64,000 nt of DNA from a virus. Below the pieces are notes generated by a model. It was not told the DNA's origin. It worked only from the letters and a program-made list of their open reading frames with translations, and did not search any database. The stretch covers positions 2,353 to 66,352 of IMG/VR virus record IMGVR_UViG_3300036715_000227, one strand, 5' to 3'. The translations under genes and the position numbers were made by a program. Shown in pieces: positions 54,225 to 64,000 of this stretch (within the stretch, counting starts at the first letter, position 1; each line of letters opens with the position of its first letter).

Positions 54225-54485
54225 TCAAAGTAGCAGTGCAAAGGTTAGCCACTGTTCCAATTCACTAAATTGGGTGTTAAATTCCGTATCTAATGCAGTG
54301 AATGTAGCTGTAGGCGCGTGAATTCTGCGGCAATTTACTGCTTCTTTGCTAATTTTATCAGCTAACACCCGCATATTTCTGTGGATTTTAAGCATGTCAT
54401 TACGGTTTTTCCAGTCTTTTACATTGAGTATAAGCGGGGTTAGCGTGTCCAAACGTGCAGTATAATCCATAGTCTGAGTATACAT
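54225..54485 (-). CDS. hypothetical protein
   Basis: 86 aa. Confidence 0.55.
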   Translation of the reverse strand: MYTQTMDYTARLDTLTPLILNVKDWKNRNDMLKIHRNMRVLADKISKEAVNCRRIHAPTATFTALDTEFNTQFSELEQWLTFALLL

Positions 54486-54576
54486 TAAGGCGGTTTTCCA
54501 GTCAAATCAGCTAAATAAGTGTACATCGCGGGATTCCCGTCCCCATGTACTTTAACGCTTTCAAGGAGCATCAACA

Positions 54577-54675
54577 ATGTTATTTATAGATAACAAATAT
54601 ACCCATTGGTATTACGCAATCATTCGCGTCGCGCAAAACAGAACACTCGCTGGCACGGCCCAAACTGCAAACTAA
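54577..54675 (+). pseudogene. truncated HNH endonuclease start
   Basis: MLFIDNKYTHWYYAII.. matches the 57831 ORF. Confidence 0.6.
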
Positions 54676-54699
54676 ATACTAATACGTAAGGGGCATATT

Positions 54700-55815
54700 T
54701 TGAGTAGATTATCAATGTGGAAGGATGGATCGCATACGAACGATTACAAGTTTATCGACAGAATCATCAGCGAGCAATATACTGTCGGGGCCACCGGAAT
54801 TCTACTCCACAAATATCTCGGTCCTATTCAGCAGACTGGTAGCACAAACGCAACCATTCCTGACTACGCTACACAATCAGAGAAAAACATCGAAGACTTG
54901 CTATTCCTTGAGAATCGTGACCGCAAGTACGATACCAGCGTGTATGTTATGCGTGGACATTACACCGTTGCAGATACCAGCTTCGACTTATCACAGTTCG
55001 GTCTGTTCTTGCAAACAGGTACTCTGTTTATGACGTTCCACATTAACGACATGGTGCAGTTGTTGGGACGCAAGATTATGAACGGCGATGTGCTTGAGTT
55101 GCCTCACTTAAAAGATTACAATAGTCTAGACACAAGCACACCTGTTGCACTAAAGCGTTTCTTTGTTTGCTCTGATGCGCAGTTTGCAAGTGAAGGATTT
55201 AGTCCTACGTGGTACCCACATAGCTGGCGTGTAAAGATTAACCCGATGACAGACGGTCAAGAGTTTAAAGACATTCTCAATAATACAATGGCCGGCGACC
55301 CAGGTGATCCCGGTGATACTACACCTATAGGTCAAATTTTGTCTACGTTAGATTTATATCAAGGCATTAACGAAGCTGTGGTCACACAAGCAGAACGTGA
55401 TGTTCCTTTTTCGGGCTACGATACGTCTAACTTGTATATCAAGAGCGACCAAACTCCCGACGAAGATCCGCAAGTATCACCAACTAAAAAGGTTACCGGT
55501 TACTTGACCAGCGATGGCCTTCCGCCAAATGCAAACACCGTTGCGGCAGGTATTGCGTTCCCTGTTGGTCCGGCTGCTGGTGACTTCTTCTTGCGCACTG
55601 ACTATGTTCCGTCTCGCTTGTTTAGATACGATAGCAAGCGTTGGGTCAAGGTTGAAGATGCTATACGCACAGACATTACTAACGGCGCAGGCGATAATAA
55701 AACATTACGTGCAACGTTCGTTAACGATACTTCCACAATCAAAACTGCTGTGGGCGTTAAACCTACACTACAGAGTCTCGACTCTATTTTACGTCCTAAG
55801 GCGGATAATCAATAA
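54700..55815 (+). CDS. neck protein (gp14-like)
   Basis: DLLFLENRDRKY, LSQFGLF, GDVLELPHL. Confidence 0.75.
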   Translation: MSRLSMWKDGSHTNDYKFIDRIISEQYTVGATGILLHKYLGPIQQTGSTNATIPDYATQSEKNIEDLLFLENRDRKYDTSVYVMRGHYTVADTSFDLSQFGLFLQTGTLFMTFHINDMVQLLGRKIMNGDVLELPHLKDYNSLDTSTPVALKRFFVCSDAQFASEGFSPTWYPHSWRVKINPMTDGQEFKDILNNTMAGDPGDPGDTTPIGQILSTLDLYQGINEAVVTQAERDVPFSGYDTSNLYIKSDQTPDEDPQVSPTKKVTGYLTSDGLPPNANTVAAGIAFPVGPAAGDFFLRTDYVPSRLFRYDSKRWVKVEDAIRTDITNGAGDNKTLRATFVNDTSTIKTAVGVKPTLQSLDSILRPKADNQ

Positions 55816-57206
55816 TGGCAATACCAGCACAACAATTCTTCTATTCTGGCCAAGTACGCCGCTTTCTAGGGCAACTTATCCGTATGCTATCTGGATTTCA
55901 AGTTCAGTTCGGCAAAGATCGCTACGGCAATCAAGCACTGCAAACAGTACCCGTTATCTACGGTGATGCAAGCAGACAGGCCGCAACTATTCTAAAGAAC
56001 AATTCCGAGAGTATGCTTAGTTCGGTGCCGGCAATGGCTATCTATATCACTGGCATTCGCTATGATCAAAATCGTATGCAAGAGCCGTACCATGTATCTA
56101 AGATGCAGATTAGGCAGAAAAGCTACGATCCTGTTACGGGCGAATACGGATCTACTCAGGACAGTGCGTACACAGTAGAGCGTTTAATGCCTGTACCATA
56201 CACTATCACATTTAAGCTTGACATCTGGACTTCCAATCTCGAGCAAAAATTACAGCTACTAGAACAGTTGGGCGTATTGTTTAACCCAAGTATGGAAATT
56301 CAAAATACAGACAACTACATCGACTGGACATCGCTCACTGTCGTAAATCGTACCGACATGCAATGGACCGGGCGAAATGTGCCGGCAGGGAACGATGACT
56401 CGCAAATCGACATTATGACCTGGACTTTTGAAATCCCAATTTGGATAACAGGTCCTGCTAAGGTTAAGCAATTAGGTGTGGTGCAAAAGATTATCGCGTC
56501 TGTGTTTGATGAGACCGGTGCATTATCGCAGGATGCAATGATGGAAAGCAACCTGATGATGCGCAGATTGCTCACACCATTGGGTTACAATATGGTGTAT
56601 GCAGGCAATACGCTAACGTTATTCAAGAAGAGCGACATACTTGCAGAGGATGGCACTAAAATTGGCACACCAGACCAATGGCAATCACTAATAGATGTGT
56701 ATGGCAAAATGACCGACGGTGTATCGCAAGCACGTATGCAGCTATATGCTGGATACGATGAGCTTGCGGGTGAGACAACATACAACGAAGTCATCGGTAC
56801 TATTGCACAGAATCCGGCAGATCCTACTCAGTTATTGTTTAACCCCGACATTGATACATTACCAGCTAATACATTGCCGCCTATTAATTCTATTATTGAC
56901 CCGACGAAAGTTACCGTGGATGCATATATGTTGCACCCAACCATGGGCACACGCTATATGATCATCGACGATATAGGACAAGAAGGAAGTAGCTCGCAAA
57001 TATGGGGTACGTTAGTTGCTAAAACAAACGATATCATACAATATAATTACAGCGGGTGGGAAGTTGCGTTAAATAGTAGTGAGACTAATACTGTAGAGTA
57101 CGTAACTAACCTTAAGACAGGGACCCAGTACAAATGGCTGAACGGCCAATGGTCCAAAGCCGTAGAGGGACTCTATTCAGAGGGAGAGTGGTCTATCATT
57201 CTTTAA
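55815..57206 (+). CDS. tail sheath stabiliser/terminator (gp15-like)
   Basis: FFYSGQ, VPVIYG, PVPY..LQLLEQL..FNP. Confidence 0.85.
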   Translation: MAIPAQQFFYSGQVRRFLGQLIRMLSGFQVQFGKDRYGNQALQTVPVIYGDASRQAATILKNNSESMLSSVPAMAIYITGIRYDQNRMQEPYHVSKMQIRQKSYDPVTGEYGSTQDSAYTVERLMPVPYTITFKLDIWTSNLEQKLQLLEQLGVLFNPSMEIQNTDNYIDWTSLTVVNRTDMQWTGRNVPAGNDDSQIDIMTWTFEIPIWITGPAKVKQLGVVQKIIASVFDETGALSQDAMMESNLMMRRLLTPLGYNMVYAGNTLTLFKKSDILAEDGTKIGTPDQWQSLIDVYGKMTDGVSQARMQLYAGYDELAGETTYNEVIGTIAQNPADPTQLLFNPDIDTLPANTLPPINSIIDPTKVTVDAYMLHPTMGTRYMIIDDIGQEGSSSQIWGTLVAKTNDIIQYNYSGWEVALNSSETNTVEYVTNLKTGTQYKWLNGQWSKAVEGLYSEGEWSIIL

Positions 57207-57831
57207 CTTACATTTATCAAAATGCCATCTAAGCATATTTGATTTGCTTCCCTCTTTGCCGCATTGCGGCCAGTTAACTATTGGCTTTTTGACTCCTATC
57301 ATTCCACGAGACATATTGGCGCACCACTCTGCTGAATCTTTCCTTTATTTCCAGCAGAGTTATTAGCTTTGTGAGTAGCAGTTGCCGGAATCCCTTTATT
57401 CCACGGTATTATTATTTTCCCGATGTTTCCTTCTTTCCGTGATTTAGAAAGATTTGCCTTGTGTGCATCAGTCATTGGTCCACGCTTCATTCCGCGTGTT
57501 GCGTCAGAAAATTCTCGCCTAATCAATGAGTACTGGCCAGCAGTAAGGATATGGCGATGTTGGTTATTGCTAGTTCTCTTAAATGAATTCAACGCCCATT
57601 GCATTTTTCTTGTGCTGCGGGCACGTTCACCATTTTTATTAACAGATGCTGGCATATAAAATGCTCTTTAGCTGTTAAATTTACTAAATTTTCCTTGGTG
57701 TTTGTACCGCCCAAACTTTTCGGAATAATATGATTCTTTTTAGTATGTGTTCCTGCACTTATATTCCGTACTTTTGCTCGCGTAATGATATTATAATACC
57801 ACTGAGTGTATTTGCTATCTATAAATAACAT
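57205..57831 (-). pseudogene. frameshifted HNH/NUMOD3 homing endonuclease
   Basis: MLFIDSKY..HIIPKSLGG..ENLVNLTAKEHFI, split over frames. Confidence 0.7.
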
Positions 57832-57895
57832 AGCTGGTGCTCCTTTAAAGCATTAGGGTAGGTGGGAATTCGAGGTCCGCGGCCTACACTTATTT

Positions 57896-58315
57896 ATGCA
57901 TAATACATCAGCAGTCGGTGCGCTAATCTATAGCTGTTCCACAAAACGGTACTTGTTTTTACTTCGGAATGGTTTGAAAAACGGTAATACTTGGGCATTG
58001 CCTGGTGGTAAGATTGATGCTGGCGAGATACCTATCCAAGCACTTAAGCGCGAAATCTCAGAAGAGATAGGTGTAGTTACCTACGACAAGATTATCCCAT
58101 TAGAACATTTTACTAGCGACAATGCACGGTTCGAATATCATACTTACATCATACCAGTGGCAGATGAGTTTATCCCAACATTAAATCACGAACACAGAGG
58201 TTATGCATGGACGCATATAGAAGATCACCCGAGGCCATTGCACCCGGGTGTCTGGAGAAGTTTCAGTTTTGATAGCGTATTAAAGAAAATACGCACCGTA
58301 GAACATATTTTATAG
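57896..58315 (+). CDS. NUDIX hydrolase
   Basis: GGKIDAGE..ALKREISEEIG. Confidence 0.92.
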   Translation: MHNTSAVGALIYSCSTKRYLFLLRNGLKNGNTWALPGGKIDAGEIPIQALKREISEEIGVVTYDKIIPLEHFTSDNARFEYHTYIIPVADEFIPTLNHEHRGYAWTHIEDHPRPLHPGVWRSFSFDSVLKKIRTVEHIL

Positions 58316-59047
58316 GTCTACTTCAATAGCCATTTCGTGGAATGTAGCTTGACGAACGTTAGGCATAAACTTCCACGCTTCCGGTAAGCGGAATGTATCT
58401 GTAGGAGATACACGCACAAAGTCAACGTCGTTATATGTTGAAAAAATCTTGCACATAGCTTGAGTCATGAACTCTTCGTTGTAACCGTGCGATGGATCTG
58501 TGTATGCGTTTGTACCTTGATACAAGCAGTAACCAGAAGTAGCAGTATCCACACCGTCAAAGCCAAGTAAGAAAACTTGTTTGTGCCCATCGAAGCAAGC
58601 CAAGTAGGTAGCAATAGTGCCAGCGTTCCAGGCAGGGTCTTGGGGAATCAAATAGAACTTACTAGGATTGTCTTGAATAGCTGCCGCGCTTGCGTATGTG
58701 ATATACTGGTTAGGGTAATGAGAACTTGCAATTTCTTTAACAAATTCAGGGCCGTTAGCTACTAAGAAGTGTGGAGCAAAGTCACGGTACAAAGCGTTGC
58801 AACCGTAAGTTTGAACTGCACCAGCAGCAAGAAGGCCACCTTTATGGTTTTTCAACAATTGCAAGTCGAAATTTTTACGAGACCAACCGTTACCAATAAT
58901 TACAGCCTTGTTGCTGATTTGGTTGTTAGTGATCACGTTAGGGATGTGCTCTCTCACCGCTCTCCAGTAACCATCAACATAAGTTAATTCGGAAGTTACA
59001 TCTTCACCTGTGTATGTGGAACGGTATAGTTTTTTAATATCGCGCAT
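58310..59047 (-). CDS. glycosyltransferase-like (GT29/Maf-type Rossmann) protein
   Basis: AVIIGNG.SR, YGCNALYRD, FLLGFD. Confidence 0.55.
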   Translation of the reverse strand: MRDIKKLYRSTYTGEDVTSELTYVDGYWRAVREHIPNVITNNQISNKAVIIGNGWSRKNFDLQLLKNHKGGLLAAGAVQTYGCNALYRDFAPHFLVANGPEFVKEIASSHYPNQYITYASAAAIQDNPSKFYLIPQDPAWNAGTIATYLACFDGHKQVFLLGFDGVDTATSGYCLYQGTNAYTDPSHGYNEEFMTQAMCKIFSTYNDVDFVRVSPTDTFRLPEAWKFMPNVRQATFHEMAIEVDL

Positions 59048-59175
59048 AATTCTTCAGCCTTTATATTAGTTATTTATCAGATTTGCCCATAGGTAACAGT
59101 AGTGTATATACATTTTGCTACCTTAATAATGTATTTAACGATTTCTGCTAAATACTGCATTACAGTAGGGAAATC

Positions 59176-61488
59176 ATGGCATTAACACGGGTCAGACAAC
59201 AACAAATCAACACCACTGTCACAGGGTTTGACGATCCACTCGTCCCCATTAATGCTGCGCAAACTGGTGTTAACACGGGCGACATCGGCTTCATATTTAA
59301 TCGTGGCACGTTAGAAAATGCTGCTTTGATATGGGACGAGACAAACGATACTTTCAAAGTAGTATTAACAACCGACGACGGAGCAAACAACTTAGTAACT
59401 GGCAACGTAATCGCTGCTAACTTTAGCGCAGGTAACATTACTGCGAGCACAATCACAGCCACAGTAACTGGCAATGCAAGTACTGCTACCAAATTGGCAA
59501 CTGCACGTACTATCAACGGCGTGGCTTTTGACGGCACCGCCAATATCACAATTACTGCTGCGGCGGCTGCAAGTACCTTGTCCGGTAATACCATTGCATC
59601 CAATGTACTTTACTCTAGCTTAACTAGCGTGGGCACGTTGGGCAATTTGACAGTAGCTAATCTAAGCACACTGAATAATGTAATCATTAATGGAAACTTA
59701 ACCATTAACGGCTCGTCCACTGTAGTTAACTCCGCTATGTTAAATGTAGTTGATAAGAACATCACAGTGGCAAACGGTGCAACTAATTCTGCGTCTGCTG
59801 ACGGTGCAGGATTGACCGTAGCAGGCGCAAACGCTACTCTTTTATACGCTAGTAGCACTGATAGCTGGGGATTTAACAAGACATTGTATGCTACATCGTT
59901 TAGTGGTGCAGGCACTGGATTAACTGGCACGGCTGCCAGTTTAACTGCCGGCACAGCTACAGTAGCAAACGCACTGGCTGTTCCGCGATATATTAACGGT
60001 GTGGCATTTGATGGCACTGCTAGTATTACTGTTACGGCAAATGCAGCCACACTAAGCGGATCTGCGTTAAACTCAACAGTAACTGATTCTAGTTTAACTA
60101 GCGTGGGCACGTTGGGTAACTTAAATGTTACTGGCACGGCCACAGCAGGAACGTTCTCTGGTGTAGGTACTTCGATAACGGGCACTGCAACTACGCTGAA
60201 CATTGGCGGCAATGCAGGTACTGCAACTAAGTTAGCCACTGGTCGTTATATCAATGATTCATTATTTGACGGCTCCACAAATATTACGATTACTGCGGCT
60301 GCAAATACACTAACGGGTACCACATTAAATTCCGGGGTTATTACTTCCTCGTTAACATCTGTCGGTACATTGAACAATTTAACAGTCGGCAGTGCTGCTA
60401 CTTATAGTGCTGTTGGCTTGCTAGGAACGTTTGTGAGTAACATCGCGGGATACAACCAGTTAATTTTACAAAACAAGAGTGCCAATGTTAACGCAAGTTC
60501 TAGCTTCGTAGTAAGTAACGATATTGCCACTGATACCAGCTATTATGGCGAACTTGGCATTAATTCCAGCACACACTCTGGTGCTAGTTCGTTTAACTTA
60601 ACAAGTGCAGTATATGTAGCATCTGCTACGTCTGATTTAACTATTGGTACTTACGGTGCGAATAATATTCACTTCGTAAACAATACAAGCAGCGTAGACA
60701 CTGCAACATTCTTTGCAAACGGTGTAGCCAAATTTAATCAACCAATCATTGGTTCGTTAGTTGGCGGTACAGATCATGCAGACAAACTAACCACTGCCCG
60801 AAATATTAACAGTGTGCCGTTTGATGGCACTGCTGATATTACTATTACTGCCAATGCAAGCACGTTAAGCGGCACATTTCTAAACAGTAATGTAACTGCA
60901 TCAAGCTTGACTACTGTTGGCAACTTAACTGCGTTAAACGTAACTGGCAACATTACTACGCAAGCCATCACGGGACTTGTTAATACTAGTTTAACATCGT
61001 CATCGGCAGTGCCGTTATCTTACTTGCAGGCTAACTATACCTCAATGAGCAGAGTAGTGAAGTTGGTAGCCGCAGGGTACACCGCAGCTATGACAGCCAC
61101 AGGTACAATACCGTTTGACAATACTATCCCGTTAAGCACCGAAGGCACGCAAATTTGGACTACAACTTTTACACCAGCGAGTACGGCATCTAGATTCATA
61201 ATTGATCAGTCATTCGTTGTCGACGCTGCGACAAGCAACAGAAATATGACAATCGCACTGTTCCGTAACGGCACATGCATAAACGCAACCGTCACTAATG
61301 TTATATCGTCAGGACATCCGGAAGCAATTGCAATTCACGCATTTGACTCACCAGCAACTGCATCAGCAGTCACGTACATGCTACGTGTAGGTATAAGCAC
61401 TTCGGGTACTTGGTACTTAAATCAATCGATAATCGCAGTGTTCAGTACTGCTGCAACGTCGGACTACACTATTTTAGAGGTTTTATAA
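59176..61488 (+). CDS. tail fibre protein
   Basis: ATKLATARTINGVAFDGT and SSLTSVGTL repeats. Confidence 0.88.
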   Translation: MALTRVRQQQINTTVTGFDDPLVPINAAQTGVNTGDIGFIFNRGTLENAALIWDETNDTFKVVLTTDDGANNLVTGNVIAANFSAGNITASTITATVTGNASTATKLATARTINGVAFDGTANITITAAAAASTLSGNTIASNVLYSSLTSVGTLGNLTVANLSTLNNVIINGNLTINGSSTVVNSAMLNVVDKNITVANGATNSASADGAGLTVAGANATLLYASSTDSWGFNKTLYATSFSGAGTGLTGTAASLTAGTATVANALAVPRYINGVAFDGTASITVTANAATLSGSALNSTVTDSSLTSVGTLGNLNVTGTATAGTFSGVGTSITGTATTLNIGGNAGTATKLATGRYINDSLFDGSTNITITAAANTLTGTTLNSGVITSSLTSVGTLNNLTVGSAATYSAVGLLGTFVSNIAGYNQLILQNKSANVNASSSFVVSNDIATDTSYYGELGINSSTHSGASSFNLTSAVYVASATSDLTIGTYGANNIHFVNNTSSVDTATFFANGVAKFNQPIIGSLVGGTDHADKLTTARNINSVPFDGTADITITANASTLSGTFLNSNVTASSLTTVGNLTALNVTGNITTQAITGLVNTSLTSSSAVPLSYLQANYTSMSRVVKLVAAGYTAAMTATGTIPFDNTIPLSTEGTQIWTTTFTPASTASRFIIDQSFVVDAATSNRNMTIALFRNGTCINATVTNVISSGHPEAIAIHAFDSPATASAVTYMLRVGISTSGTWYLNQSIIAVFSTAATSDYTILEVL

Positions 61489-61489
61489 T

Positions 61490-61948
61490 ATGGCATATAC
61501 ATACATTCAAGCGATCGGGCATGGCTTTCCGGCTGTGCAGTGTCACGCATCTGGGGACGGATCAGTTTATACTGACATCGTTTGGGACAGTGGTGCTGCA
61601 ATGCCTACTCAACAAGAATTGGATAATTGGATTGCTGCTAACCCGGCGGCCGACACCACAAAACTTACTGTGCTCGCTTTTCGAAATAGATTTACTCAGG
61701 CAGAAAAGATAGCGATAGAGATGGCGTCGTTAGATAACCCATCAGCCTCAACACAGGCCCGCATGTTGGCTGCTTCTTTACGTGTCATGAATTCTGACTT
61801 ATCTGTGGCAACGTTCGTGGACATTAACCGCGCTGACACCATAGCTGGTGTACAGGCTCTCGAAACATACGGAATCATTGGCACTGGGCGGGCAAATATT
61901 ATTTTGAATACTCCTGCTACTGCATTAGAAATTAACCCATTGATTTAA
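61490..61948 (+). CDS. tail fibre assembly-like protein
   Basis: AFRNRFTQAE; follows the fibre gene. Confidence 0.55.
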   Translation: MAYTYIQAIGHGFPAVQCHASGDGSVYTDIVWDSGAAMPTQQELDNWIAANPAADTTKLTVLAFRNRFTQAEKIAIEMASLDNPSASTQARMLAASLRVMNSDLSVATFVDINRADTIAGVQALETYGIIGTGRANIILNTPATALEINPLI

Positions 61949-61952
61949 TACT

Positions 61953-62576
61953 ATGTTCGCAAAAATCGAAAACTTTATATCTACCATAATAGGTAAGATC
62001 AACTGGACTGTTCCAGTGTACGAGACTTTACGCCATCATGAAGTTGATGAGATACGCCAAAAGCTTAAAGATAACTACTACATTATTTTGTCCAGGCACA
62101 GTGGGCACCTTTCTACATATGCTATCGCGTTTGCGCATTTAGTATTGACAGGGAAATGGGGCTACTATGGCCACGCTTTCCTCAACGTAGAGAACGAAGT
62201 TAAGACAGATTCTGACTACAAGTTTATGGAAGCAACTGGCAAGGGTGTGCACTATTCAGACTGGGCCGAGGCGTTTGATTCTCAGACTGGTTCTGTTGCG
62301 TTACTCAAGCCTAAATCTATGTCTATTGAGCATTGGACTGCTGTAATGGATAAAGCTCGCACTGAGTTGGGCAAGCCGTACGATACATTGTTTGATTTGA
62401 CGAATGATCGTGCGTTAAGCTGCGTAGAATTAGTTCGTGCAGCATTACAGGCTGAACCTAACTATGCGTCAGATTTTGCTAATTTCGAGGCAATGATTGC
62501 AAAAAACCGCAATTTAGATCCACAAATGTTCATGGAATGCGCAGATTTTGAAGTGGTTTACGAAGTACGTCACTAA
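61953..62576 (+). CDS. permuted papain-like (YiiX/YebB, NlpC/P60) enzyme
   Basis: YGHA..EA..GV..LGKPYD..F..SCVELV. Confidence 0.78.
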   Translation: MFAKIENFISTIIGKINWTVPVYETLRHHEVDEIRQKLKDNYYIILSRHSGHLSTYAIAFAHLVLTGKWGYYGHAFLNVENEVKTDSDYKFMEATGKGVHYSDWAEAFDSQTGSVALLKPKSMSIEHWTAVMDKARTELGKPYDTLFDLTNDRALSCVELVRAALQAEPNYASDFANFEAMIAKNRNLDPQMFMECADFEVVYEVRH

Positions 62577-62602
62577 GTAGCTGGTTTACAAATAGAATCC
62601 AA

Positions 62603-62631
62603 AAGAAAAGGACTTTAAAAGTCCTTTTCTT
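62603..62631. terminator. bidirectional terminator between convergent genes
   Basis: AAGAAAAGGACTT-TAA-AAGTCCTTTTCTT. Confidence 0.7.
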
Positions 62632-62668
62632 ATGAGTGCACATAGTAGGGGCATTTAGCCCCTAACTA

Positions 62669-64000
62669 TTATACGCGACCTACTACAACTTCGATCATGC
62701 CCTTACCAGCGCCGTACGCTTGTAAAGCCTTACCAATGATTGTGCCAGCAGCCGCATTGTTGTCAGCCTTAGCATAACCAAAGCCAGCAGATACCATCAA
62801 GTCACCCTTAGTAACTGGGCCTACTACCTTACATGGTACACGACCTTGTAACGCAATAGCAGCAACACGAGCACCCGCCAAGCCACCGTTCATCAAGTGA
62901 GCTGGGTTAGTAGATACAACGCCCGCAACCTTCTTAGTGTCAGCATCAGCTAATGTAACTTCTTCCATACCACCAAACATAACAACTGTACCAGCTGCGT
63001 ATGTTGCATCTGCTTGATAGTTTTCTGCCAAGTCAGCGTATTTTGCTGTTGTCGCTAAACCGTTAAAGTTAGTAGCATATACTGTACCGAATACGTTTGC
63101 AACTTGACCAATATCACCTACACCTGTTGTACCAGACTTAGTAACGCTTGGTGTTGTGATACCAGCAACTGTATAGCTGTTGCCAGTGTTTAACGCATTG
63201 GCTGTTGTCGCTGTGGTCGCACTAGTTGCAGAAGCAACTGTACCAGTAACGTTAGCACCAGTTAAGCTTGTTAAGTTAGCGCCAGATACAGCACCGAATG
63301 CGCCGGACCATGTACCGGATGTAATTGTACCAACAGAAGTTAAGCTAGAAGCTGTTACACCTGCCGCTAAAGTAGCCCCAGTTAATGTACCTGCTGCTGC
63401 TGTTACAGTAATATCTGCAGAACCGTTAAACGAAACACCATTGATGTTACGTGCTGTTTGTAAAGTAGTTGCTGTACTTGCGTTGCCAGTCACTGCGCCA
63501 GTGATTGGTCCAGAGAAACTAGAAGCAGAAACTGCACCCGAGAATGTACCAGTAGTAGCAGCCAATGCACCCATTTTAACAGGGCTATATACTGCACTAG
63601 TAAAGTCAACTGTTGTAGTTGGCTCTGCTGCAACGCTGTCAAAGAACTTGAATGTACCGTCAGTTGCGTCACGAATCACACCAGCATGTTTTTCTGTACC
63701 GCTTGTATACGATGCAATTAAACCAAGGTCAACAATGTCACCAGTGTTACCTTCACCCAAATAAATCATAGGATCAGTAACAGTAAGACTGTTTGCACTA
63801 GTTGTTGTTACGTTACCTGCAACGTTTAAGTTACCAGTTAATGTAATGTCCTTAGCTGATATTGTATTTGTAACAGTTAAGCTGCCTAAAGTACCAACAG
63901 AAGTTAAGCTAGATGCTGTTACACCTGCTGCTAAAGTAGCCCCAGTTAATGTACCTGCTGCTGCTGTTACAGTAATATCTGCAGAACCGTTAAACGAAAC
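62669..64000 (-). CDS. tail fibre protein with C-terminal autocleaved chaperone (5' end beyond window)
   Basis: ARNINGVSFNGS repeats; YADLAENY..GVVSTNP..GRVPCKV. Confidence 0.88.
   Translation of the reverse strand, partial: VSFNGSADITVTAAAGTLTGATLAAGVTASSLTSVGTLGSLTVTNTISAKDITLTGNLNVAGNVTTTSANSLTVTDPMIYLGEGNTGDIVDLGLIASYTSGTEKHAGVIRDATDGTFKFFDSVAAEPTTTVDFTSAVYSPVKMGALAATTGTFSGAVSASSFSGPITGAVTGNASTATTLQTARNINGVSFNGSADITVTAAAGTLTGATLAAGVTASSLTSVGTITSGTWSGAFGAVSGANLTSLTGANVTGTVASATSATTATTANALNTGNSYTVAGITTPSVTKSGTTGVGDIGQVANVFGTVYATNFNGLATTAKYADLAENYQADATYAAGTVVMFGGMEEVTLADADTKKVAGVVSTNPAHLMNGGLAGARVAAIALQGRVPCKVVGPVTKGDLMVSAGFGYAKADNNAAAGTIIGKALQAYGAGKGMIEVVVGRV

Overview
64-kb piece of a T4-superfamily jumbo myophage genome, mostly on the minus strand, standard genetic code; a betaproteobacterial host is a weak guess. 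The left 24.9 kb is a very large tRNA/ncRNA region. I read about 55 intact tRNA genes covering all 20 amino acids, several tRNA-like or broken tRNAs, many closed-stem ncRNA candidates (one about 660 nt), a DUF2828/TROVE-vWA (Ro60-like) protein, two B12-type radical SAM enzymes, a methyltransferase, an RNAP omega homolog and several homing-type nucleases. The right 39 kb holds uvsY/uvsX/gp32, a terminase with one intact and one atypically split intein, head-completion, tail tube, sheath, neck and tail-fibre genes. The most striking pattern is a candidate tRNA-protection system with three parts. (i) Nine copies of a covarying RNA module (7-bp stem, N3, CAGCAA, variable cargo) accompany the Ro60-like gene; cargos include permuted tRNA mimics and a tRNA-Lys anticodon stem-loop, and one copy abuts the gene's own RBS. 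(ii) A 64-codon leader using all 20 amino acids has a terminator/antiterminator and sits at the head of the array. (iii) A Lys-rich 8-codon leader carries a 15-nt segment complementary to the junction of two atypical tRNA-Lys genes. All calls are by eye; no searches or folding were run.
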